From an uncultured Clostridia bacterium (GTDB lineage Bacteria; Bacillota; Peptococcia; Peptococcales; Peptococcaceae): a stretch of 64,000 bases of DNA. Location of the stretch: NCBI GenBank assembly GCA_944391285.1, contig CALXSY010000005.1, forward strand, positions 11,196 through 75,195. The letters run 5' to 3'. The position numbers were made by a program, and so were the translations under genes. Below the pieces are notes generated by a model. It was not told the origin of the DNA. It ran no database searches and saw only the letters and a list, made by a program, of their open reading frames with translations. Within the stretch, counting starts at the first letter, position 1. Each line of letters opens with the position of its first letter. Positions 32,028 to 41,193 of the stretch are shown here, piece by piece.

Positions 32028-33479
32028 ATGTTGTCACAAGAGCGGGCGCCTATTTATGAAGCGCTGGAAAACTTCAAAAAAATGCGGGTTGTGCCCTTTG
32101 ATGTGCCTGGGCACAAAAGGGGCAGAGGTAATCCGGAGCTGGTTGCTTTATTGGGTGAAAAATGCGTAAGCATGGATGTTAATTCCATGAAGCCTTTGGA
32201 CAACTTATGTCATCCTATATCGGTTATCCGCGAAGCGGAAGATTTAGCGGCAGAAGCTTTCGGCGCTGCGCACGCCTTTTTAATGGTCGGCGGTACAACT
32301 TCAGCGGTGCAAAGCATGGTGCTGTCGGTGGTAAAGAGGGGAGATAAAATAATTTTACCCCGCAATGTTCACCGCAGTGTTATGGGAGCTTTGGTTTTAT
32401 GCGGTGCTGTGCCGGTGTATGTCAATCCGGAATGTGATGAACGTTTAGGCATTTCCTTAGGGATGTCCATAGATGCCGTTAAACAAGCTATTGCCGACAA
32501 TCCGGAGGCTAAGGCTATTTTGGTCAATAATCCGACCTATTACGGAATTTGCTCCGATTTAAAAAGCATCGTGGAGCTGGCTCACGCTCACGGCATGTAT
32601 TGCTTAGCTGACGAAGCTCACGGCACTCATTTTTATTTCGGTGAAAATATGCCTATCTCGGCAATGGCTGCCGGCGCTGATATGGCAGCAGTTTCGATGC
32701 ATAAATCCGGCGGCAGCTTAACCCAGTCCTCGTTACTATTAATCGGGGAAAATATTCAGGAAGGCTATGTACGCCAGATTATCAATCTGACTCAGACCAC
32801 CAGCGCTTCCTATTTATTATTATCCAGCTTGGATATTTCCCGACGCAATCTGGCATTGAGAGGTAAAGAAGCCTTTGCCAAAGTTGCGCAAATGGCTCAA
32901 TACGCCCGCAAAGAAATTAATTCTATCGGCGGGTATTATGCCTACGGTTCTGAGTTGATAAACGGTGACAGCGTATATGATTTTGATACCACTAAATTAG
33001 CTGTCAATACCTTAGATATCGGCTTAGCCGGCATCGAGGTTTATGATCTTCTGCGTGATGAGTACGATATTCAAATAGAATTCGGCGATTTGGGCAATAT
33101 TTTGGCTTATCTTTCCATCGGCGACCGAGAAAGGGATTTGGAGAGATTGGTCAGCTCTTTAGCAGAGATTCGCCGCCGCTTCGGCAAAAGCGGCAATGAG
33201 CTGATGAAGCAGGAGTATATAGACCCCAAAGTAGTTGCTTCGCCCCAGGAGGCTTTTTATGCTGACAAGGAATCCTTGCCTATCGAGCAGACTGAAGGAA
33301 GAATTTCCAGCGAATTTCTCATGTGCTATCCTCCGGGTATTCCCATTATTGCTCCCGGTGAGTTGATTACCAAAGAAATTTTAAATTATATTCAGTATGC
33401 TAAGGAAAAAGGCTGTTCCATCACCGGACCGGAAGATGCCGAGATAACTCGTTTAAATGTGTTGAAGGAGGGAGTTTAA
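32028..33479 (+). CDS. speA: PLP-dependent Orn/Lys/Arg decarboxylase (fold I), probable arginine decarboxylase as in Bacillus SpeA
   Basis: FDVPGHK.G N-terminus and PLP-lysine motif SMHKSGGSLTQSS. 483 aa. Sits in an operon with agmatinase. Confidence 0.8.
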   Translation: MLSQERAPIYEALENFKKMRVVPFDVPGHKRGRGNPELVALLGEKCVSMDVNSMKPLDNLCHPISVIREAEDLAAEAFGAAHAFLMVGGTTSAVQSMVLSVVKRGDKIILPRNVHRSVMGALVLCGAVPVYVNPECDERLGISLGMSIDAVKQAIADNPEAKAILVNNPTYYGICSDLKSIVELAHAHGMYCLADEAHGTHFYFGENMPISAMAAGADMAAVSMHKSGGSLTQSSLLLIGENIQEGYVRQIINLTQTTSASYLLLSSLDISRRNLALRGKEAFAKVAQMAQYARKEINSIGGYYAYGSELINGDSVYDFDTTKLAVNTLDIGLAGIEVYDLLRDEYDIQIEFGDLGNILAYLSIGDRERDLERLVSSLAEIRRRFGKSGNELMKQEYIDPKVVASPQEAFYADKESLPIEQTEGRISSEFLMCYPPGIPIIAPGELITKEILNYIQYAKEKGCSITGPEDAEITRLNVLKEGV

Positions 33480-34339
33480 TGGATTTATGGTTTTCCGAAA
33501 AACAAACGCCTTATGTTAAATTGTCCATCAAGGTAGACCGTCAGCTTTACAGCGGCAGAAGCGAATTTCAGCGGATTGATGTTTTTGAATCACCGGAATT
33601 CGGGCGTTTTTTGACCTTGGACGGCTACATGATGTTAACGGAAAAAGATGAATTTATCTATCATGAGATGATTACCCATGTGCCGATGGCAGTACACCCC
33701 AATGTCAAAAATGTTTTGGTAATCGGCGCCGGAGACGGCGGTGTTATCCGTGAATTAGCCCGCTATAATGATTTGGAGCATATCGACATGGTGGAGATTG
33801 ATCCGCTGGTAGTGGAGGTGTGCAAAAAATATTTGCCTCAGACAGCCTGCGCCTTTGATGATCCCCGTTTGGATATTCACTATGAAGACGGACTGAAATT
33901 TATCCGCAACTATGAGAATTGCTATGATTTGATTATCGTTGATTCCACCGATCCCTTTGGACCTGGTGAAGGATTATTTACCCGTGAATTTTACGGCAAC
34001 TGCTATAAGGCGCTGAAAGACGACGGTATTATGGTTAATCAGCACGAAAGCCCCTTCTATGAAGAGGATAGAATTGCCTGTCAGAGAGCCCATAAGCGCA
34101 TTGTTGAATCATTCCCCATCAGTAGAGTTTATCAGGCGCATATTCCGACATATCCGTCCGGACATTGGCTTTTTGGTTTTGCTTCCAAAAAATATCACCC
34201 GCTGAAAGATTTAGACTCCGTTCGCTGGAATGCTCGGGGATTAAAATGCAATTATTACACAACTATGCTTCACCGGGGAGCATTTTATATTCCCGCTTAT
34301 GTAGAGGAGATGCTAAAAGATGTTGAAAGCGAATATTGA
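33479..34339 (+). CDS. speE: Spermidine synthase (aminopropyltransferase)
   Basis: LDG..M.TE.DEF.YHEM, VIGAGDGGVIRE, IIVDSTDP.GPGEGLF. Confidence 0.92.
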   Translation: MDLWFSEKQTPYVKLSIKVDRQLYSGRSEFQRIDVFESPEFGRFLTLDGYMMLTEKDEFIYHEMITHVPMAVHPNVKNVLVIGAGDGGVIRELARYNDLEHIDMVEIDPLVVEVCKKYLPQTACAFDDPRLDIHYEDGLKFIRNYENCYDLIIVDSTDPFGPGEGLFTREFYGNCYKALKDDGIMVNQHESPFYEEDRIACQRAHKRIVESFPISRVYQAHIPTYPSGHWLFGFASKKYHPLKDLDSVRWNARGLKCNYYTTMLHRGAFYIPAYVEEMLKDVESEY

Positions 34340-35174
34340 GACTTTTTTAGCCTGTGATGCTGATTATAATGAGGCGCAGATTGTCATGTTCGGCGCACCT
34401 TATGATTCCACAACTTCATTTCGTCCGGGCACCCGTTTCGGTGCTCACGCCATCCGCTCCGAATCCTTCGGTTTAGAAAGCTACTCGCCGTATCAGGACA
34501 AGGATTTAACGGATTATGCTATCTTAGATATAGGCGATTTAGAATTGCGTTTTGGCGGACCGGAGAGTGCATTAAATGATATCGAGGACTGTGCCGAAGA
34601 AATTTTAGCCGATAATAAACTGCCCTTTTTAATCGGCGGTGAGCATTTAGTAACATTAGGCGCATTCAGAGCGGTGCAGAAGAAATATAATGATGTTTAT
34701 ATTATTCATTTTGATGCTCATGCAGATTTGAGGGAAGATTATCTGGGCGAAAAGCTTTCGCATGCTTGTGTCATGCGCCGCTGCTGGGATATCATCGGCG
34801 ACGGACACATTTTTCAATTCGGTATTCGCTCCGGCGACAAGTCCGAATGGCTCTTTGCCAAAGAGCATGTGACCATGAATCCTTTTAATTTAGAAACTTT
34901 AGAAGATGTAGTTGCCAAGCTTAAAGATAAAAAGGTTTATTTTACCCTTGATTTGGATATTTTGGATCCGTCAGTTTTTCCCGGAACCGGGACACCGGAG
35001 GCAGGAGGAATATCCTTTGACGAATTAAGAAAAGCAGTAACTTTAATTTGTCAAAGCTTGGATATCGTGGGTGTTGATGTGAACGAACTAAGCCCTCACT
35101 ATGACCAAAGCGGCACTTCGACGGCGGTCGCTTGCAAAATCATCAGAGAAATGTTATTAGCCTTAACCAAATAA
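34320..35174 (+). CDS. speB: Agmatinase (ureohydrolase family)
   Basis: Mn-binding motifs HFDAHADL, DLDILDP and GGIS..E. 284 aa. Overlaps the speE 3' end by 20 nt. Confidence 0.88.
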   Translation: MLKANIETFLACDADYNEAQIVMFGAPYDSTTSFRPGTRFGAHAIRSESFGLESYSPYQDKDLTDYAILDIGDLELRFGGPESALNDIEDCAEEILADNKLPFLIGGEHLVTLGAFRAVQKKYNDVYIIHFDAHADLREDYLGEKLSHACVMRRCWDIIGDGHIFQFGIRSGDKSEWLFAKEHVTMNPFNLETLEDVVAKLKDKKVYFTLDLDILDPSVFPGTGTPEAGGISFDELRKAVTLICQSLDIVGVDVNELSPHYDQSGTSTAVACKIIREMLLALTK

Positions 35175-35198
35175 GAGACACCAAAGGAGGAAATTTAA

Positions 35199-36458
35199 AT
35201 GGGAAAAGCATTAATTATCGGTTGCGGTGGAGTTGCCGGCGTAGTAATTCATAAATGCTGCCAAAACAGCGAGGTTTTTGAGGAAATCTGCATTGCCAGC
35301 CGTACCAAATCCAAATGCGACGACATGAAAGCTAAGTTGGAAGATACTACTAAAACCAAAATCACCACTGCGCAAGTTGACGCTGATAAAGTAGAAGAGG
35401 TTATCGCTTTAATCAACGAAGTGAAACCGGATATCGTGATGAATATCGCTCTGCCTTATCAGGATTTAACTATTATGGACGCTTGCTTGGCTTGCGGTGT
35501 TAACTATATGGATACCGCCAACTATGAGCCTGAAGATATCACCGAACCCACTTGGCGGGCAGCTTACGAAAAACGCTGTAAGGAAGAAGGCTTCACCGCT
35601 TATTTTGATTATTCCTGGCAATGGGCATATAAAGAAAAATTTGAAAAAGCCGGCTTAACTGCTCTCTTAGGCTCTGGCTTTGACCCCGGTGTTACTCAAG
35701 CCTACTGCGCTTATGCCCAAAAGCATTTATTTGACCAAATCGATACTATCGATATTTTGGACTGCAATGGCGGTGACCATGGTTATCCTTTCGCTACCAA
35801 CTTTAACCCGGAGATTAACCTTAGAGAAGTATCCGCTCCCGGCTCTTACTGGGAAAACGGTCATTGGGTAGAAATTCCGGCAATGAGCATCAAAAGAGAA
35901 TACAATTTCGACCAAGTAGGCATGAAAGATATGTACCTTTTGCACCACGAAGAAATTGAATCCTTAGCGAAAAATATCCCCGGTGTTAAACGCATTCGTT
36001 TCTTTATGACCTTTGGACAAAGCTATCTTACTCACATGAACTGCCTGCAAAATGTCGGTATGCTTTCTACCGAACCGATTATGTATGAGGGCAGAGAAAT
36101 CGTGCCTATCCAATTTTTAAAAGCTCTCTTGCCTGACCCGGCATCTTTAGGTCCCCGCACTGTGGGCAAGACCAATATCGGCTGTATCTTCACCGGCAAA
36201 AAGGACGGCAAAGAAAAGACCGCTTACATTTATAACGTCTGTGACCACCAGGAATGCTACAAAGAAGTAGGCTCGCAAGCTATTTCATACACCACCGGTG
36301 TGCCGGCAATGATTGGTGCGATGATGCTTCTAACCGGCAAATGGTCCAAACCAGGCGTTTATACTGTAGAGGAATTTGATCCAGATCCGTACATGGAAGC
36401 CTTAAACAAATGGGGATTGCCTTGGCAGATCGATGATAATCCGGTATTGGTGGACTGA
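35199..36458 (+). CDS. Carboxy(nor)spermidine dehydrogenase (saccharopine-dehydrogenase family, CASDH/CANSDH)
   Basis: N-terminal Rossmann IIGCGGVAGV, ~419 aa, immediately upstream of and start/stop-overlapping an nspC-type decarboxylase. Confidence 0.82.
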   Translation: MGKALIIGCGGVAGVVIHKCCQNSEVFEEICIASRTKSKCDDMKAKLEDTTKTKITTAQVDADKVEEVIALINEVKPDIVMNIALPYQDLTIMDACLACGVNYMDTANYEPEDITEPTWRAAYEKRCKEEGFTAYFDYSWQWAYKEKFEKAGLTALLGSGFDPGVTQAYCAYAQKHLFDQIDTIDILDCNGGDHGYPFATNFNPEINLREVSAPGSYWENGHWVEIPAMSIKREYNFDQVGMKDMYLLHHEEIESLAKNIPGVKRIRFFMTFGQSYLTHMNCLQNVGMLSTEPIMYEGREIVPIQFLKALLPDPASLGPRTVGKTNIGCIFTGKKDGKEKTAYIYNVCDHQECYKEVGSQAISYTTGVPAMIGAMMLLTGKWSKPGVYTVEEFDPDPYMEALNKWGLPWQIDDNPVLVD

Positions 36459-37594
36459 TGATGGAAAAATTTGACGATGGTGCCTTACGCACACCTTATT
36501 ATTTGATTGACGAGAGTCTGTTAAAGCATAATTTAGAAATACTGCAGGACGTGGCTGAAAGAAGCGGGGCGAAAATTTTATTAGCTCAAAAAGCTTTTTC
36601 CATGTTTGCTGTTTATCCGCTGTTAAATCAATATTTGGCAGGCACAGCCGCCAGCGGTTTATACGAAGCAAGGCTGGGGCATGAATATTTCGGGGGAGAA
36701 ACGCATGTTTTTTCCCCTGCTTTTCGTGAGGACGAGTTTGCGGAAATATTGCGCTATGCCGACCATGTAGTGTTTAACTCACCGGCACAGGTGAAAAAGT
36801 TTGCGCCGCAAGCCAAAGCGGCAGGCAAAGAAGTAGGTATTCGGATTAATCCCGAATGCTCCACCCAAGAAGGTCACGCCATTTATGACCCTTGCGCCGT
36901 GGGTTCCCGCTTAGGCACAACTTTGGCGAATTTTGACGAAAGTATTTTGCCCCTTTTGGACGGTATGCATTTTCATACTCTATGCGAGCAAAACAGCGAT
37001 GATTTGGAAACGACTTTAAAGGCTTTTGAAGAGAAATTCGGCAAATATCTTCCTGATTTAAAATGGCTTAATTTAGGCGGAGGGCATCATATTACCCGCA
37101 AAGATTACGATCTTGAACGCTTAGTTAAGCTGATTATTCATCTAAAAGAAACATATAATCTCCAAGTTTATTTAGAGCCGGGAGAAGCGGTAGTCTTAAA
37201 TGCCGGCTTTTTGGTAACTTCAGTTTTGGAAACTATGCACAACGGTATGGATATTGCCATTTTGGATACCTCAGCGGCTTGCCATATGCCCGATGTCTTG
37301 GAAATGCCTTACCGACCGCCGTTATATAATGAACAAAAGGACAATCCACCCTATACTTACCGTTTGGGCGGACCTACCTGCTTAGCAGGAGATATAATCG
37401 GCGATTACGGCTTTAGCCAAAGGCTGAAAGCCGGCGATCGGTTAGTTTTTTTGGACATGGCTTTATATACCATGGTCAAAAACAACACCTTTAACGGTAT
37501 GCCGTTACCAATGATCGTGCTGAAACATTTAGATGGCTCCTTTGAAATTGTACGCCGGTTCGGCTATGAGGATTTCAAAAACCGCTTATCCTAA
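36458..37594 (+). CDS. nspC: Carboxy(nor)spermidine decarboxylase
   Basis: TPYYLIDE..L..N N-terminus, LNLGGGHH motif, alanine-racemase-fold decarboxylase, 378 aa. ATGATG overlap with the upstream gene. Confidence 0.85.
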   Translation: MMEKFDDGALRTPYYLIDESLLKHNLEILQDVAERSGAKILLAQKAFSMFAVYPLLNQYLAGTAASGLYEARLGHEYFGGETHVFSPAFREDEFAEILRYADHVVFNSPAQVKKFAPQAKAAGKEVGIRINPECSTQEGHAIYDPCAVGSRLGTTLANFDESILPLLDGMHFHTLCEQNSDDLETTLKAFEEKFGKYLPDLKWLNLGGGHHITRKDYDLERLVKLIIHLKETYNLQVYLEPGEAVVLNAGFLVTSVLETMHNGMDIAILDTSAACHMPDVLEMPYRPPLYNEQKDNPPYTYRLGGPTCLAGDIIGDYGFSQRLKAGDRLVFLDMALYTMVKNNTFNGMPLPMIVLKHLDGSFEIVRRFGYEDFKNRLS

Positions 37595-37620
37595 AAAAGG
37601 TTAAAATTTCAAGCAAAAAA

Positions 37621-37674
37621 TTTACACAAAATTTACATTTAGAGATAGTAATTTTTACATACTATCTCTATAAT
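37621..37674 (+). promoter_or_regulatory. Pho-box-like phased TTTACA repeats, a perfect 10-bp inverted repeat and a -10 element upstream of the Na/Pi-phoPR operon
   Basis: TTTACA at 37621, 37632 and 37654 (spacing 11 and 22 bp). Inverted repeat AGAGATAGTA-N9-TACTATCTCT at 37641-37669. TATAAT at 37669-37674. Confidence 0.5.
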
Positions 37675-37706
37675 TTAAGCAAATTTGCTTTAAAGAGGAG
37701 ATATAT

Positions 37707-39461
37707 ATGACCATTTTCAATGTCTTATCGTTTTTAGGCGGATTGGCGCTTTTCTTGTTCGGCATGACTATCATGGGTGAAGCCTTGGAAAAAGCTGCCG
37801 GCAGCAAGCTCAAAGCGATATTATCCAAACTCACTACCAGTCCTATCAAAGGTTTGCTTTTTGGTGCCGGAGTTACAGCCATTATCCAAAGTTCTTCCGC
37901 TACAACTGTTATGGTGGTGGGCTTCGTAAACTCTGGACTCATGCAGTTAGGACAAGCCATCGGTGTTATTATGGGTGCCAATATCGGTACAACTATGACT
38001 GCATGGATCTTGAGTTTATCAGGCATTTCCGGCGAAGGAATTTTATTGAAACTGCTGAAACCATCTTCATTTTCACCGGTTTTGGCTTTTATCGGCATCG
38101 GTCTTTTAATGTTTTCTAAAAAAGACAAAATGCGCAACTTTGGCTATGCACTACTGGGCTTTGCAGTTTTAATGTTTGGTATGGAAACTATGTCGGATAA
38201 TGTCAAACCATTAACTAACGTGGAAGGCTTTACCAATATTTTAACAGCTTTTTCTAATCCGATTTTAGGTATCTTAGCCGGCACAGTCATTACCGGTATT
38301 ATCCAGAGTTCCTCGGCTTCGGTGGGTATCCTGCAAGCTTTGTGCGTAACCGGTGCTGTCAGCATCGGCAGTGCTATTCCCATCATCATGGGACAAAATA
38401 TCGGTACCTGCGTAACCGCATTGATCTCATCAATCGGCACCAGTACCGGCGCAAAAAGAGCAGCAGCAGCACACTTGTATTTTAATATTATCGGTTCGAT
38501 AGTCGGTGTAACTATCTTTTTAATCGTAAGAACTATATTCCAGCCGGATATTTTTTCTGCCAGCGCTACTCAATGGGAAATCGCCGTTATTCACACCGGC
38601 TTTAACGTCTTTTGTACCTTATTGATCCTACCGTTTATCAAACAGTTGGAGAAATTAGTTTGTGTTACCGTGCGAGAGCATAAAGAAAGTAAAAAAGAAA
38701 AAAATGTACTTTTGGACGAACGTATGATGTTAACTCCGTCTATTGCTTTGGAAAATTGTCAAAATCTTACATTCCAAATGGCTGAGTTAGCTCAAGAAAG
38801 TCTATTCTTATCCTTGCGTATGCGGGAAAAATACGACTATAAAGACGAAGAAACTATTCTAGCCATGGAAGAAAAAATCGACCAATACGAGGATGCATTG
38901 AGCACTTATCTGGTGCGTTTAAACAGTAAATCCTTATCACAAAGGGATAACAGTATCGTTTCTAAGCTATTGCATGACTTAGGTGATTTGGAGCGTATGG
39001 GCGATCACTCGGTTAGTATTATGAATGTCTATCGGCAAATGCATGAAAACAACTTAAAGTTCTCAGACAAAGCTACCGAAGAGTTAGAAATTTTAATTAA
39101 AGCGGTCAATGAAACCTTAGAGTTGACCTTTAGCGGCTTAATCGAAAATGATATGACCGCAGCATTCATGGTTGAGCCATTATCAGAAGTAATCAAGAAC
39201 TTGAGGAAAACTTTGATGGACAAACATATCATGCGTCTGCAAGAAGGCACTTGTACTTTAGAGATGGGTATGCTGCTTTCCGAATTACTGCATGATTTAG
39301 GACGCATAGTAAATCATTGCTCTAACTTGGCAGCATATCAAATCGAATATTCCCAAGACAGCTACGATGTTCATGCTTATATTGAAAGCGTCAAAAAAGG
39401 TACCGATCCTTTGTTTGTCAATCTTTATCAGGATTACAGCCGCAAATATGCGCTTGCATAA
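37707..39461 (+). CDS. Na+/phosphate cotransporter family protein (NptA-like) with C-terminal PhoU-like domain
   Basis: Duplicated Na_Pi_cotrans motifs (QSSSATT.. and QSSSASVGI). C-terminal helical ~220 aa with PhoU-type E/D..D motifs (LGDLERMGDH). Confidence 0.85.
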   Translation: MTIFNVLSFLGGLALFLFGMTIMGEALEKAAGSKLKAILSKLTTSPIKGLLFGAGVTAIIQSSSATTVMVVGFVNSGLMQLGQAIGVIMGANIGTTMTAWILSLSGISGEGILLKLLKPSSFSPVLAFIGIGLLMFSKKDKMRNFGYALLGFAVLMFGMETMSDNVKPLTNVEGFTNILTAFSNPILGILAGTVITGIIQSSSASVGILQALCVTGAVSIGSAIPIIMGQNIGTCVTALISSIGTSTGAKRAAAAHLYFNIIGSIVGVTIFLIVRTIFQPDIFSASATQWEIAVIHTGFNVFCTLLILPFIKQLEKLVCVTVREHKESKKEKNVLLDERMMLTPSIALENCQNLTFQMAELAQESLFLSLRMREKYDYKDEETILAMEEKIDQYEDALSTYLVRLNSKSLSQRDNSIVSKLLHDLGDLERMGDHSVSIMNVYRQMHENNLKFSDKATEELEILIKAVNETLELTFSGLIENDMTAAFMVEPLSEVIKNLRKTLMDKHIMRLQEGTCTLEMGMLLSELLHDLGRIVNHCSNLAAYQIEYSQDSYDVHAYIESVKKGTDPLFVNLYQDYSRKYALA

Positions 39462-39487
39462 TTTAAAATTGCTAAAGGGGGGAGAAG

Positions 39488-40159
39488 ATGATTTATATTT
39501 TGGAGGACGATGCCAATATTCGTCAAATGGAAGCTTATGCCTTGGAGCACAGCGGTTATGAAGTGAAACAGTTTGAAAACAGTGACGAATTGTGGGAGGC
39601 GTTGTCCAAAGCTTTGCCGGAAATGCTGATTTTAGATCTGATGCTGCCCGGTGATGAAGATGGCTTAGCCGTTTTAAATCGTCTGCGTTCAACCCCCAAA
39701 TATGCAAAAATTCCGGTTATCATTGTCAGTGCTAAAGACAGCGAGCTGGATTTGGTTAAAGGCTTGGACAGCGGTGCTGATGATTATATCGCCAAGCCTT
39801 TCGGCATTATGGAATTTATCTCCCGTATTAAAGCAGTTTTGCGCCGTATTGATACTGCGCCGACTAAGCAAATAGTCTTCGGCGATATCGTTTTTGATGA
39901 TGACAAAAAACAAATCTTTGTCAAAGGCGAACTATGCCATTTAACCTTTAAAGAGCAGGAACTGCTGAAGCTTCTGCTGCTTAATTCAGACATTGTCCTA
40001 ACCAGAGAAGTAATCATGGACAAAATCTGGGGCTTTGATTATTTAGGCGAAAGCAGAACAGTGGATATGCATATTAAAAGCATCAGACAGAAGCTGGGAG
40101 CCTGCGGAGGATACATTAAAACGGTGCGGGGTATCGGTTATAAGGTTGAATTAGGATGA
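39488..40159 (+). CDS. OmpR/PhoB-family response regulator (PhoP-like)
   Basis: Receiver domain (ILEDD..., LDLMLPG.DG, phospho-acceptor Asp context) plus a winged-helix C-terminus (T.EV..D.H...R.KL.......I.TVRG.GY). Confidence 0.88.
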   Translation: MIYILEDDANIRQMEAYALEHSGYEVKQFENSDELWEALSKALPEMLILDLMLPGDEDGLAVLNRLRSTPKYAKIPVIIVSAKDSELDLVKGLDSGADDYIAKPFGIMEFISRIKAVLRRIDTAPTKQIVFGDIVFDDDKKQIFVKGELCHLTFKEQELLKLLLLNSDIVLTREVIMDKIWGFDYLGESRTVDMHIKSIRQKLGACGGYIKTVRGIGYKVELG

Positions 40160-41157
40160 AAAAGAAAATATATATCTATTTTGTGATGATGGGGATCATA
40201 ATTTTTGCAGGCACAGTGCTATTGGCAGCAGTGATGCTAAATAATTTCTCCTGGGTAGAATTAAAAAGTTATTCTTGGAAACTGATTATTTATATCGTTA
40301 CTTTGCTTATCCTTATTGTTCTTTTGGCGGCTGTATTAGCTCGTCATTTAACAAAATGCTTAGTTGAACCAATTGAACAAATGGCTGATAATTTAGAAAG
40401 CGTTTATCAAAAAGTGCCTTATCCGGAACTGATACCCTTTGCTCTCACTCTTCAAGCCGCAGAGGAAGAAAAGAAGCAGAGCGAAGAGCAGAGGAGGGAG
40501 TTTACTGCCAATGTCAGCCATGAACTCAAAACTCCTTTAACCAGTATTTTAGGCTACAGCGAGATGATTGAAACCGGTTTAGCCAATAAAGAGGACATCA
40601 AGCTTTTTGCCGGCAAGATTCGTTCTGAAGCAGAGCGGCAACTGCACCTCATCGCGGATATTATTCAATTAAGCGAGCTGGATGTCAAAAGCTCAAAAGA
40701 CAATTTTGAAAAAGTTGATTTGTACGCTTTAAGCGAAAGCGTGGCTGAATATTTATCCTTTGCCGCCCAAAATTATCAAGTAAGCCTGAGCATTGAAGGC
40801 AAGCATTTAACAGTAATGGGCAGCAAAAGTCTCTTGGAAGAATTGATTTACAATCTCTGCGACAATGCTATTCGCTATAACCGCCCCAACGGCAAGGTTG
40901 TAATCAGAATCGGCAAAAAAGGTGAAAGAATCGTCCTTTCTGTCAGTGATAATGGCATCGGTATTGCTCCGCAATACCAAAACCGAGTCTTTGAGCGTTT
41001 TTACCGGGTAGATAAAAGCCGCAGCCGGGATACCGGCGGAACAGGATTGGGTTTGGCTATCGTAAAGCATGTGGCTATTCAGCACGATGCCGAGCTGTTT
41101 TTAAAAAGCCTGCCCGGCTTAGGCACAACTATCGAAGTAAGTTTTCAGGACAATTAA
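40156..41157 (+). CDS. Sensor histidine kinase (PhoR-like, two TM helices, no obvious sensory domain)
   Basis: H-box FTANVSHELKTPLTSI, N-box CDNAIRYN, G-boxes DNGIGI and GGTGLGLAIV. ATGA overlap with the response-regulator gene. Confidence 0.88.
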   Translation: MKKKIYIYFVMMGIIIFAGTVLLAAVMLNNFSWVELKSYSWKLIIYIVTLLILIVLLAAVLARHLTKCLVEPIEQMADNLESVYQKVPYPELIPFALTLQAAEEEKKQSEEQRREFTANVSHELKTPLTSILGYSEMIETGLANKEDIKLFAGKIRSEAERQLHLIADIIQLSELDVKSSKDNFEKVDLYALSESVAEYLSFAAQNYQVSLSIEGKHLTVMGSKSLLEELIYNLCDNAIRYNRPNGKVVIRIGKKGERIVLSVSDNGIGIAPQYQNRVFERFYRVDKSRSRDTGGTGLGLAIVKHVAIQHDAELFLKSLPGLGTTIEVSFQDN

Positions 41158-41193
41158 AAAACCTTCTCTCATAATTGAGAAAAGGTCTTTTTT
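41156..41193. terminator. Bidirectional intrinsic terminator
   Basis: aaaaaaccttctctc-ataatt-gagaaaaggtcttttttt (one mismatch in the stem). Confidence 0.7.

Noticed and set aside
37655-38137. 160-codon minus-strand ORF antisense to the Na/Pi cotransporter. Similar antisense ORFs lie at 39297-39707, 46530-46877, 36402-36671, 61983-62366 and 3284-3688.
   Set aside because: All are embedded in strongly supported genes on the opposite strand and show no recognisable motifs. They are treated as shadow ORFs.
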